Shown here one piece after another: positions 19,473-29,796 of a stretch of DNA of 64,000 bases. The stretch comes from Chloroflexota bacterium. GTDB taxonomy: Bacteria > Chloroflexota > Limnocylindria > Limnocylindrales > CSP1-4. The position numbers were made by a program, and so were the translations under genes. Below the pieces are notes generated by a model. It saw only the letters and a list, made by a program, of their open reading frames with translations, was not told where the DNA came from and made no database searches. The DNA lies in NCBI GenBank assembly GCA_021802585.1, contig JAJZRQ010000001.1, positions 11,234 to 75,233 of the forward strand, in the 5' to 3' direction. Numbering within the stretch: the stretch's first letter is position 1; every line of letters begins with the position of its first letter.

Positions 19473-20438
19473 GTGCCCATCGCGGCGGTGCTCCTCGTCC
19501 TCGCCTCTTCGATCTTCCACGTCGCCTGGAACGCACTCGTCAAGACGTCGGGCGATCCCCTCGCCACCGCGACCCGCGCCGTCGGGCTCGGCGTCCTCGC
19601 GGCGACGCCGCTCGCGGTCGTCGCCTGGCTCGCCACCGGGCGCCCCACGCTCGCCCCCGAGGGCTGGCTCGTGGCCCTCGCCTCGGGGATCGTCTCGGCC
19701 GCCTATTTCGTCCCCCTCTCGGCCGCGTACCGGCGGGGCGCGCTCTCGTCCGTCTACCCCGTCGCCCGCGGATCCGGCGCGCTCCTCGGCGTCCTCGCGG
19801 GTGTCGCGATCCTCGGCGAACGCCTCGCCCCGCCGGGGTTCCTCGGCGTCGCGCTCCTCCTCGGGGGGACGCTGACCGCCGCCGCCGCGACGGCCTCGCG
19901 GGCCACCGTCCTCCCCGCGCTCCTCGCCGGGTGCGCAGTCGCGGGCTACTCCGCGCTCGACCGCGTCGGCGTGCGGACCGGCCCCGCATGGCTCTACGCG
20001 TGGGCCCTCTGGACCGTGTGCGCCCTGGGGTTGCTCGCGTGGCGGCGGATCGCCCCGCGACTCCTCGCCCGGCTCGGGGGAGGCGCCACGACGGCGACCG
20101 TCACCGCGGCCGCCCCGGCCTCTGACCCGGCCCCGGTCGTCCTCGCCGGCGGCGCCGGGGAGCTGCGCGCCCCGCGCCCCATCGCGCCCGCAGTGCCCGC
20201 CGCCGAGCTCCGCCGCTCGCTCGCGGCCGGCCTCCTCATCATCGGGACGTACATGCTCATCCTCCTCGCCTTCCAGATCGCGCCGCTCGCCGGCGTCGCG
20301 CCGCTCCGCGAGGCGACGACGATCCTCGCCGCGGCGTGGGGCGTCATCGCCCTCGGCGAGCGCGATCGGGCGGCGATCCGCCTCGCCGCGGCGGGGGCGG
20401 TGGCCGGCGGGGCGATCCTCCTCGCCGTCGGCGGCTGA
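19473..20438 (+). CDS. EamA/DMT family transporter
   Basis: HVAWNALVK, AYRRGALSSVYPVARG, LGERL, VAPLRE; about 10 TM helices. Confidence 0.85.
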   Translation: MPIAAVLLVLASSIFHVAWNALVKTSGDPLATATRAVGLGVLAATPLAVVAWLATGRPTLAPEGWLVALASGIVSAAYFVPLSAAYRRGALSSVYPVARGSGALLGVLAGVAILGERLAPPGFLGVALLLGGTLTAAAATASRATVLPALLAGCAVAGYSALDRVGVRTGPAWLYAWALWTVCALGLLAWRRIAPRLLARLGGGATTATVTAAAPASDPAPVVLAGGAGELRAPRPIAPAVPAAELRRSLAAGLLIIGTYMLILLAFQIAPLAGVAPLREATTILAAAWGVIALGERDRAAIRLAAAGAVAGGAILLAVGG

Positions 20439-20488
20439 AGCGGCGGCGCGGCCGCCGGCCGCCGAGCGGCGGGGGTCAGCGGCGGAGG

Positions 20489-20938
20489 TCAGCGGCCTTC
20501 CGACCGCCCCCGGGCCACGGCGAACGCCTGCCGCACGAGGGCCCGGTCGTCCTCGTACGTGAGCGTGTCGAGCGCGTTGCTCTCGCTGACGAAGGCCGCG
20601 TCACCCAGGACTGCCTCGAGCCGGAGGTCCCCGCCGACGAGCCGCCCGACGAACCAGTCGACCCGCTTGCGGTCCCGGAGGCCCGGCCCGAACCGGTACC
20701 GGGTGGGCCCGAGGGATCCCGCGATCTCGATCGCCAGGCCGGTCTCCTCGCGGACCTCGCGGACCGCGGCGGCGGCCGCGGTTTCGCCGCGCTCGAGGTG
20801 CCCCTTCGGCAGCACCCACTCAGCGCGATCGGAAGGCCGCACGACGAGGCACCGCTCGCCGTCCATGACGACGGCGCCGGCGGACTGGTGGAAGATCTGC
20901 GGCCGGCGTCGTCCCGGCTGGGTCGGCTCAGTCGCCAT
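20489..20938 (-). CDS. NUDIX hydrolase (Ap4A hydrolase-like)
   Basis: SAGAVV, WVLPKGHLERGETAAAAAVREVREETG Nudix box; own SD AGGAGAGGAG before ATG 20938. Confidence 0.88.
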   Translation of the reverse strand: MATEPTQPGRRRPQIFHQSAGAVVMDGERCLVVRPSDRAEWVLPKGHLERGETAAAAAVREVREETGLAIEIAGSLGPTRYRFGPGLRDRKRVDWFVGRLVGGDLRLEAVLGDAAFVSESNALDTLTYEDDRALVRQAFAVARGRSEGR

Positions 20939-21409
20939 CGGGCGTCTCCTCTCCTGGGATTCGGGGGGTCGGCGTCGGCTCGCCCCGCGGCGCGCCACCC
21001 CGATCAGCGATGCGCTCGATCTCGAGCAGCAGGTGCTGGAGCCGCTCGATCGCCGGGTCGAGTCGCGCGCGACGGCGGGCTCCACCGCGCCGTGACCGCG
21101 CCGGCTTGCGGAGCGGAGGTCGCCCACGCTTTGCCAGGCCATGGCCACGATGGCGACGATGCGGCGCGCGGAGTCCTGCTCCTCGCGCGGGAGGCCGAGT
21201 GCGGCCGCGAGCCCGGTGATCTCGGCCCGCAGCGCGCCGACGACGCCGGCGATCCTCCACCGATCGTCGGGGCTCAGCCGGGCGCGGTCGCGACGGTACA
21301 GGGTGCCAATCTCGTCCGTGTCGAGGAGCGCGTCGACCGTGGCCAGCCGCTCCTCGAGGTTGCGGAGGCGAATCGCGATCGCCCGCTCGTGGTTCGCTGC
21401 GAGACTCAT
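20928..21409 (-). pseudogene. small helical hypothetical protein with an apparent 1-nt frameshift near 21066
   Basis: MSLAANHERAIAIRLRNLEERL...GHGAVEPAVAR continues plausibly as LDPAIERLQHLLLEIERIA in the adjacent frame (stop at 20928); ATG overlaps mutS-like stop. Confidence 0.6.
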
Positions 21410-23004
21410 CCGATCGCCCCGCCGAGTCCCCGGCGCGGGAGGATCACGGCGCCAGCGGCGGCGGCGGCGCCCTCAACGGGTCCCATTGCGGCGTCCGTCG
21501 TCGGTGCTCCCGGCGGGTCGGCACCGAAGACGCGCCGGTAGACGTCCGCGCCGAAGCTCGTTGGCAGCGGCTCCGCCTCGAGGAGCCGGAACGTCCGCCG
21601 GCCGTCCGGGCCCCGCTCCGCGCGAAGGAACAGGGCGTCCGGCCCGAGCTCCCCGTGGAGCCCGGCGGCGAGATCGTAGAGGTGCGTGACGTAGACGACC
21701 TTGACCCCCGCGTCGAGGAGCGGCGCGAGGATCTGCCGGGCGATCTCGGAGCCCTCGCGCTCGTTCGTCGAGGCGAACGATTCGTTCAGGAGCACGAGGC
21801 TGGCGGGGGTCACGCGATCGACGAGCACGCTCATCCGGCCCAGCTCCTCGTCGAGCTTGCCGCTCCGCAGGCTCGCGTCCTCCTCGCGCCGGAAGTGGCA
21901 GAGCACACGGTCGCGGACGTCCGCCCGGAACGACCGGGCGGCGACGAACATCCCGGCCTGCATCATGAGCTGGGCGATCCCGATGCTCCGCAGGAACGTC
22001 GACTTGCCGCCCCGGTTCGCGCCGGTGACCATGACGAGCCGCCGGCCGTCGGCCTGCACGTCGTTGCCGACGATCCGCTCGACCCCGAGGAGCGCGAGGC
22101 ACGGGTCGTAGATGCCCGTGGCGGCGAGCGCCGGGCGGCCGGCCGGGAGCGGCTCGGGGAAGCAGGTGGCCTCGCCCGCCCCGGCGAGGCGCTCGTGGAG
22201 GTTCAGCGCGCCGACGTAGAAGCCCAGCTCCGCGCGGAGGAGCCGGAAGAAGCCGAGGATGTGGTCGGCAGACTGGGCCAGGGCGATGGCCGCGAGGGCC
22301 ACTCCCCGACCCTTCAGGTCGCCGAGGGCGCGCGCGCCGGCGTCGTCACGCTCGGCGATCTCGTACGTGAGGCTCGGCCGGTCCGGGAGGCCGAGCCACT
22401 CCCGCCAGCCGCGCCTCGCGTGGCGGGGCCGACGCAGGACGTAGCCCGTGCCCCGGTTCGCCAGCCCGAGCCGGGCGCTCATGAGGACGTCGTCCCGACG
22501 GAGCCGTCGGAGGTGGTCGTCCACGGTCCGGAGGTACGCGTCGTCGAGCTCGGCGGCGAGCATCGCGAGGAGCCGGCGGAGGCCGTCGGACGCGACCTCG
22601 GCGCCGTGGGCGTCGGCGAGGGTCCGCAGCTTCCGCAGGTGGACGACGAAGAGGTCGAGCACCCGCACCGCGCGCCCGAGCACCGAACCCGGGTGATCGG
22701 AGGCCGCGCCCCAGATCCGCCGCTCGCCCTCGATCGCGTCGACGGCGATCGCGTACGCCTCGCGCACGACCTCGGGCCGATGAAGGGCGTCGGCGAGGAT
22801 CGCCTGCCGGTACCGGATCGTTGCCGGGTCGTCGACGGTCGCCGCGAGGGCCTGGCGGGCCACGTCGCGGAGGAACGGGTCACCGGCGCCCATCGCCTCG
22901 AAGACGATCTCGAGCCCGAGATCGCGGATCACGTCGTCGACGCCCGGCGCGAGGGTGCGCGCGGGGTCGAAGTCCTCGTCCGGGTAGAGGAGGTGGACCT
23001 TCAC
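21406..23004 (-). CDS. MutS-related protein, ATPase (domain V) only, second of pair
   Basis: VGNDV, VTGANRGGKSTFLRSIG, HFRREED, SGKLDEEL, LVLLNESFASTNEREG, VTHL; no mismatch-recognition domain. Confidence 0.88.
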   Translation of the reverse strand: MKVHLLYPDEDFDPARTLAPGVDDVIRDLGLEIVFEAMGAGDPFLRDVARQALAATVDDPATIRYRQAILADALHRPEVVREAYAIAVDAIEGERRIWGAASDHPGSVLGRAVRVLDLFVVHLRKLRTLADAHGAEVASDGLRRLLAMLAAELDDAYLRTVDDHLRRLRRDDVLMSARLGLANRGTGYVLRRPRHARRGWREWLGLPDRPSLTYEIAERDDAGARALGDLKGRGVALAAIALAQSADHILGFFRLLRAELGFYVGALNLHERLAGAGEATCFPEPLPAGRPALAATGIYDPCLALLGVERIVGNDVQADGRRLVMVTGANRGGKSTFLRSIGIAQLMMQAGMFVAARSFRADVRDRVLCHFRREEDASLRSGKLDEELGRMSVLVDRVTPASLVLLNESFASTNEREGSEIARQILAPLLDAGVKVVYVTHLYDLAAGLHGELGPDALFLRAERGPDGRRTFRLLEAEPLPTSFGADVYRRVFGADPPGAPTTDAAMGPVEGAAAAAGAVILPRRGLGGAIG

Positions 23005-24554
23005 CGCGCGAGCCGCTCCGCCACGGAGGCCCGGGTCAGCCGGTGCTTCTCGGCGATCGCGAGCGCGTAGGCGAGGCCGTCCGCCGGGCGACGTTCCACC
23101 CGGAACGTCCGCCGCCCCGGATCGGCGGGGTCGACGGCGCCGACCATGCTGACGGTCGCGGGCCCGAGTGACGCGAGCTCGTCGAGGAACGTCACGGTGA
23201 CGCAGAGCATCCCCCGCTCGACGACGGTCCCGAGCACCGCGCGGTTGAGGAGGAGGGCGTCGGTCGGCGTCGTCGAACTGAAGCTCTCGTTCATGACGAC
23301 GAGGCTCCGGGCGGTCGCCTCGGCGAGGATCGCGTGGATCCGGCGAAGGTCGTCCTCCAGCTTCCCGCTGAGGTTCTCGGCGTCCTCCTCGCGCTCGAAG
23401 TGGGTGAAGATCCCGTCGACGAGGGCCACCCCGGCGGCCGTGCCCGGCACGAGCCCGCCGATCGCCGCGAGGTGGTGGACCTGCCCGACCATCCGGGAGA
23501 ATGTCGTCTTGCCGCCCTGGTTCGGCCCCGTCACCACGACGATCCGTTCCGGATCCTCGAGGCGGAACGAGTTGGGGACGACGGCACCGCCCTCGGGGAC
23601 GAGCGTGAGCGCGAGGGCGAGGTCGAACGCCCCGTCGGCGTGGGTCGTCGGCGGCCGGGTCGCGACCTCCGGGTAGCAGAACGGCAGGCCGGCGTCGCGG
23701 AGGCGCTCGACGAGCTCGAGGTACCCGAGGTAGAACTGCACCTCGCGGTCGAACCGGGCGATCGTTCCGTCGACGACATCGGCGTGGGCGGCGACGTGCG
23801 CGTCGAGATCCCCGAACGGTCCCGGATGGAGGCGGGCGACCCGCTCGAGGATCGCCCCCTCGACGTGGTTGAGGTCGCCGCCGACGGGCAGGCGGAAGGC
23901 GTGCTCGCGTGGCGCGCCCTGGCGGAACTTCTCGAACGCGTCGAGCACCTCGGCGCCGTAGTCGGGCTCGTCCTCGCAGGCGCTCACCGTGACCCGCGGG
24001 CCGGAGACCTGGAGGCGGTACGTCACGGCGTCGAGCCCGGCGCGGACCCGGTCGGTGTCCGCCCGGAGCGCCGCGAAGCCGGGGGACCCCACGACGCCGG
24101 CGAGATGGGCCTCGAGCCCCCGAAGCCCCGTGGAGCGCGGCTCCGCCCGCGCGAGGTCGTCGGCGAGGGACACGACTGCGGCCACATACGCGGCGGCGGC
24201 GGCGAGGTGCCAGCGGGCCCGCTCGTGGCGGTAGCGGACCCGCGCGGCGCGCGTCGCGTGGCCGCGCATCGTCCGCATCCGCGCGGCAAACGACGTGACC
24301 GCGCCGCGGACCTCCGGCCGCTCGAGGTCCCGGAACACGTCATGGCGGTAGGCCACGGTGACGACGTCCCGGAGCCGGGTGAGGAAGATGGGCCCGAGGT
24401 CGTACGCCTCGCGGCCGGCGGTCATCGCCGCGACGATCTCGTCGAGGTGGAGGTCCACGACGACGTCGCCGCCGGTCGTGGACCCGGCCGTGGGCTCGGC
24501 GTCGGACCCGTCGAACAGGATGCTCCGGAACGGCACGCGTCGTCTCACCTGCAC
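23001..24554 (-). CDS. MutS-related protein, ATPase (domain V) only, first of pair
   Basis: VVPNSF, VTGPNQGGKTTFSR, IFTHFEREED, SGKLEDDL, LVVMNESFSST, ADGLAYALAIA; start uncertain (24554 or 24536). Confidence 0.88.
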   Translation of the reverse strand: MQVRRRVPFRSILFDGSDAEPTAGSTTGGDVVVDLHLDEIVAAMTAGREAYDLGPIFLTRLRDVVTVAYRHDVFRDLERPEVRGAVTSFAARMRTMRGHATRAARVRYRHERARWHLAAAAAYVAAVVSLADDLARAEPRSTGLRGLEAHLAGVVGSPGFAALRADTDRVRAGLDAVTYRLQVSGPRVTVSACEDEPDYGAEVLDAFEKFRQGAPREHAFRLPVGGDLNHVEGAILERVARLHPGPFGDLDAHVAAHADVVDGTIARFDREVQFYLGYLELVERLRDAGLPFCYPEVATRPPTTHADGAFDLALALTLVPEGGAVVPNSFRLEDPERIVVVTGPNQGGKTTFSRMVGQVHHLAAIGGLVPGTAAGVALVDGIFTHFEREEDAENLSGKLEDDLRRIHAILAEATARSLVVMNESFSSTTPTDALLLNRAVLGTVVERGMLCVTVTFLDELASLGPATVSMVGAVDPADPGRRTFRVERRPADGLAYALAIAEKHRLTRASVAERLAR

Positions 24555-24647
24555 GAACGCGATCGACCTGCCCGCGCCGGCGTCGCCCTCCGAGGCCTCG
24601 CGGCGCCGGCTCCGCCCGGGCGGGGCGGCCCGCCGCTCGCGGCGCCT

Positions 24648-24686
24648 GAAACGGAAAAGGCTCCCGGGACCAGAGTCCCAGAAGCC
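24648..24686 (-). terminator. intrinsic terminator forming the riboswitch expression platform
   Basis: Minus GGCTTCTGGGAC-TCTG-GTCCCGGGAGCC-TTTTCCGTTT; the 5' arm is the aptamer pseudoknot strand. Confidence 0.85.
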
Positions 24687-24722
24687 ATCACCCGTCGGAC
24701 GGATTACGCGAGCTTCATCGCG
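24680..24722 (-). ncRNA. fluoride riboswitch (crcB motif)
   Basis: Minus CGCGATGAAGCTCGCG-TAA-TCCGTCCGACGGG-TGATGGCTTCT: P1 CGCGA/TCGCG, conserved GAUG, short P2, UGAUG, pseudoknot GAAGC/GCUUC. Confidence 0.85.
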
Positions 24723-24739
24723 TTCGGTTGTCGTGCCCG

Positions 24740-24768
24740 ATTGTTGGGCCCGGACGCGGCGCTGTCAA
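24740..24768 (-). promoter_or_regulatory. sigma70-type promoter for the riboswitch-MutS operon
   Basis: TTGACA (24763-24768), 17 bp, AACAAT (24740-24745). Confidence 0.75.
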
Positions 24769-24847
24769 ACGGCCGGCAGGACCCGCGGGCATTGCGGCCG
24801 CTCGGCGAGGGGTCGCCGCGTCGGCCGCCGGGACCGACGGGCGGGCC

Positions 24848-25435
24848 TCAGGCGATCGGCGGGCCGCCGGGCTGGCCGGGGGCGGGCGCCGCCGCCGCGC
24901 CCTTCGGGCGGGCGATGCCGTACGCCGCCGCTCCGCCGAGGCCCCCGAGGAGGACGAGCACGAAGACCGTGCCGGCGGTCCCGAGCTGCTCCCGCCAGTA
25001 GAGGGCGGTGAACTCCTCGACGGTCGCGACGCCGGCAGCCTCGAAGCCGGGCCCGCGGCCCTCGGCGAGGTAGCGCCGGAAGACGCAGTCGGCGCCGATC
25101 CGGCAGCCCTGGATCGGGCCGCCGTCGGCGGCGCCCCGGTACCCGTTGTCAGCGGTGAAGAAGATCCACTTCGTCCCGAGAACGATCGCGGCGAGGGTGG
25201 CCGCGGTGAGGAGCCCGGCCCACGCGCCGTTCGCGAGGATCCGGGACCACGGGCCGCCGAGCCGGTTCGCTCGGGCATTCGCGTAGTACCCGATCACGAG
25301 CCCGGCGGGTAGCGCGAGGATCCAGATGACGGGCTCGATCGGGATCACGAGGAGGAACGAGACGGCGATCGTGAGGGCCATCCCGACCCCCACCCAGCCG
25401 GCGTAGACCGCGCCGCGGTCGACCCACCGGCTCAT
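24848..25435 (-). CDS. hypothetical membrane protein
   Basis: About 4 TM helices, a CxxxxxC loop, GC3-biased codons; follows eno. Confidence 0.75.
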   Translation of the reverse strand: MSRWVDRGAVYAGWVGVGMALTIAVSFLLVIPIEPVIWILALPAGLVIGYYANARANRLGGPWSRILANGAWAGLLTAATLAAIVLGTKWIFFTADNGYRGAADGGPIQGCRIGADCVFRRYLAEGRGPGFEAAGVATVEEFTALYWREQLGTAGTVFVLVLLGGLGGAAAYGIARPKGAAAAPAPGQPGGPPIA

Positions 25436-25547
25436 CGGTCCCGACCTCCGACGCGCGGCCGCCCCACGGCGCCGGCCGGGGACGGGGACGCGTCGGCGCC
25501 GGCCGGGCGGTCGGCCGGCGCCGGGAGGGACGCAGCGTCGGCGGGAA

Positions 25548-28124
<2,577 letters not shown>

Positions 28125-29135
28125 TCAGAGGCCCTTGTCGATCATGAACTTCACGAGGTCGGCGACGCGGCAGCTGTAGCCCCACTCGTTGTCGTACCAG
28201 GCGATGACCTTCACGAAGTTGCCGCCGAGGACCATCGTCGAGGCCGAGTCGACGATCGAGCTCCGCGGGTCGCCCCGGAAGTCGGAGGAGACGAGCGGCT
28301 CGTCGGACACGCCGAGGATCCCCGCCATCGGGCCCGCGGCGGCGGCCCGGAACGCCGCGTTCAGCTCCTCGACCGAGGCCTCCTTCTCCAGCTCGGCGGT
28401 GAAGTCGACGACGGAGACCGTCGGGGTCGGGACCCGGAGGCTGAAGCCGTCGAACTTGCCCTTGAGGTCGGGGATGACGAGGGCCAGGGCCTTCGCCGCG
28501 CCGGTCGTCGTCGGGATGATGTTCTGCCCCGCGGCGCGAGCCCGGCGCGGGTCCTTGTGGGCGACGTCGAGGATCCGCTGGTCGTTCGTGTACGAGTGGA
28601 TCGTGTTCATGAGGCCGCGCCGGATCGTCCAGCCGTCGTGGACGACCTTCGCCGCGGGCGCCAGGCAGTTCGTCGTGCAGCTGGCGTTGCTGACCACGTC
28701 GTGCTTCGCCGGGTCGTACGCGGCGTCGTTGACGCCGAGGACGATCGTCACGTCCTCCTTCTTCGCGGGGGCGCTGATGAGGACCTTCTTCGCGCCGGCG
28801 GCGAGATGGGCGCGGGCCTTGTCGGCATCGGTGAAGCGGCCGGTCGACTCGATGACGATCTCGACCCCCAGGTCCTTCCACGGGAGCTGGGCCGGGTCGG
28901 TGACCTGGAGGACCTTGATCTCGCGGCCGTCGACGACGATCGCGTCGTCCGTGTGCGTGACGGTGCCGGGATACGCGCCGTACGTCGAGTCGTGCTTGAA
29001 GAGGAGCGCGTTCATCGCAACGTCGACGATGTCGTTGACGGCGACGACCTCGGCGTCCGGGGCGCGCTCGATGAGCGCCTTGAGCGACTGCCGGCCGATC
29101 CGGCCGAACCCGTTGATGCCGACGCGAACGGACAT
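28125..29135 (-). CDS. gap: glyceraldehyde-3-phosphate dehydrogenase type I
   Basis: [36 protein letters not shown]. Confidence 0.98.
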   Translation of the reverse strand: MSVRVGINGFGRIGRQSLKALIERAPDAEVVAVNDIVDVAMNALLFKHDSTYGAYPGTVTHTDDAIVVDGREIKVLQVTDPAQLPWKDLGVEIVIESTGRFTDADKARAHLAAGAKKVLISAPAKKEDVTIVLGVNDAAYDPAKHDVVSNASCTTNCLAPAAKVVHDGWTIRRGLMNTIHSYTNDQRILDVAHKDPRRARAAGQNIIPTTTGAAKALALVIPDLKGKFDGFSLRVPTPTVSVVDFTAELEKEASVEELNAAFRAAAAGPMAGILGVSDEPLVSSDFRGDPRSSIVDSASTMVLGGNFVKVIAWYDNEWGYSCRVADLVKFMIDKGL

Positions 29136-29446
29136 GCTGTGAACCTCCGCTGTGCGGTGACTGGTCAGGGGGAAGGGCGCGCCCCCGGGGTGCGCGCGGG
29201 AACGGCGACGGGAGCCGGCCGGTCGTCCTGGGGAACGGGGATCCCGGCGGAGCGGACCGCGGCGTCGGACGCCGGCAGCCCGCCGAGGTCGAAGGCGGTG
29301 AACGGCCGTGGGGACACAGGACCTCGTCGTAGCGTTGGGAACCGCGGCCATTCTAGCAAGGGGCCCCGCGAGGCCCTCGGTCCGAGCGGCACTCGCTCGG
29401 GGTCCGAACGTCTCCCGAGCGCGCGGTGAGCCGCGTCGGGAATCGG

Positions 29447-29476
29447 AGGGCCCCCGCCGTTCCCGGCGGGGGCCCT
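29447..29476. terminator. 13-bp hairpin downstream of DUF5679 gene
   Basis: AGGGCCCCCGCCG-TTCC-CGGCGGGGGCCCT. Confidence 0.65.
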
Positions 29477-29499
29477 TCGCAGCGTCGAAGTCCGGGCGA

Positions 29500-29640
29500 T
29501 CAGCCGCCGATCTTGAACATCTTCGTGCCGCAGACCGGGCACACGCCGGAGAGGGCAGGCTTTCCGTTCTTCATCGTGATGTTCTGCGCGTTCTTCACTT
29601 CGCGCTTCGCCTTGCACTTGACGCAGTAGGCCTCGGCCAC
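29500..29640 (-). CDS. DUF5679 family small zinc-ribbon protein (46 aa)
   Basis: [54 protein letters not shown]; not in ORF track. Confidence 0.88.
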   Translation of the reverse strand: MAEAYCVKCKAKREVKNAQNITMKNGKPALSGVCPVCGTKMFKIGG

Positions 29641-29766
29641 CCCAGGAGCCTCCCTTCACGAGTGCGGACGTCGCGGAGCCCGTCGCCCTGCGCTCGTCCC
29701 TTGGAGCGAGACGGCTTCGCGGCCGGGGCGGGCGTATCCCACGCTCGGCGGCCCGAAACTCGCGCG

Positions 29767-29796
29767 AGCATAGGCACGCCCGATCACGAGCGTCAA
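29767..29796 (-). promoter_or_regulatory. sigma70-type promoter for DUF5679 gene
   Basis: TTGACG-18 bp-TATGCT on minus strand. Confidence 0.55.

Noticed and set aside
20489..21409. Genuine 306-aa NUDIX fusion protein
   Set aside because: The linker is compositionally junk-like, the alternative frame is protein-like, and NUDIX has its own SD.
21406..24554. Canonical mutS or mutS2 assignment
   Set aside because: Too short, no mismatch-binding or Smr domain, no mutL in the window.
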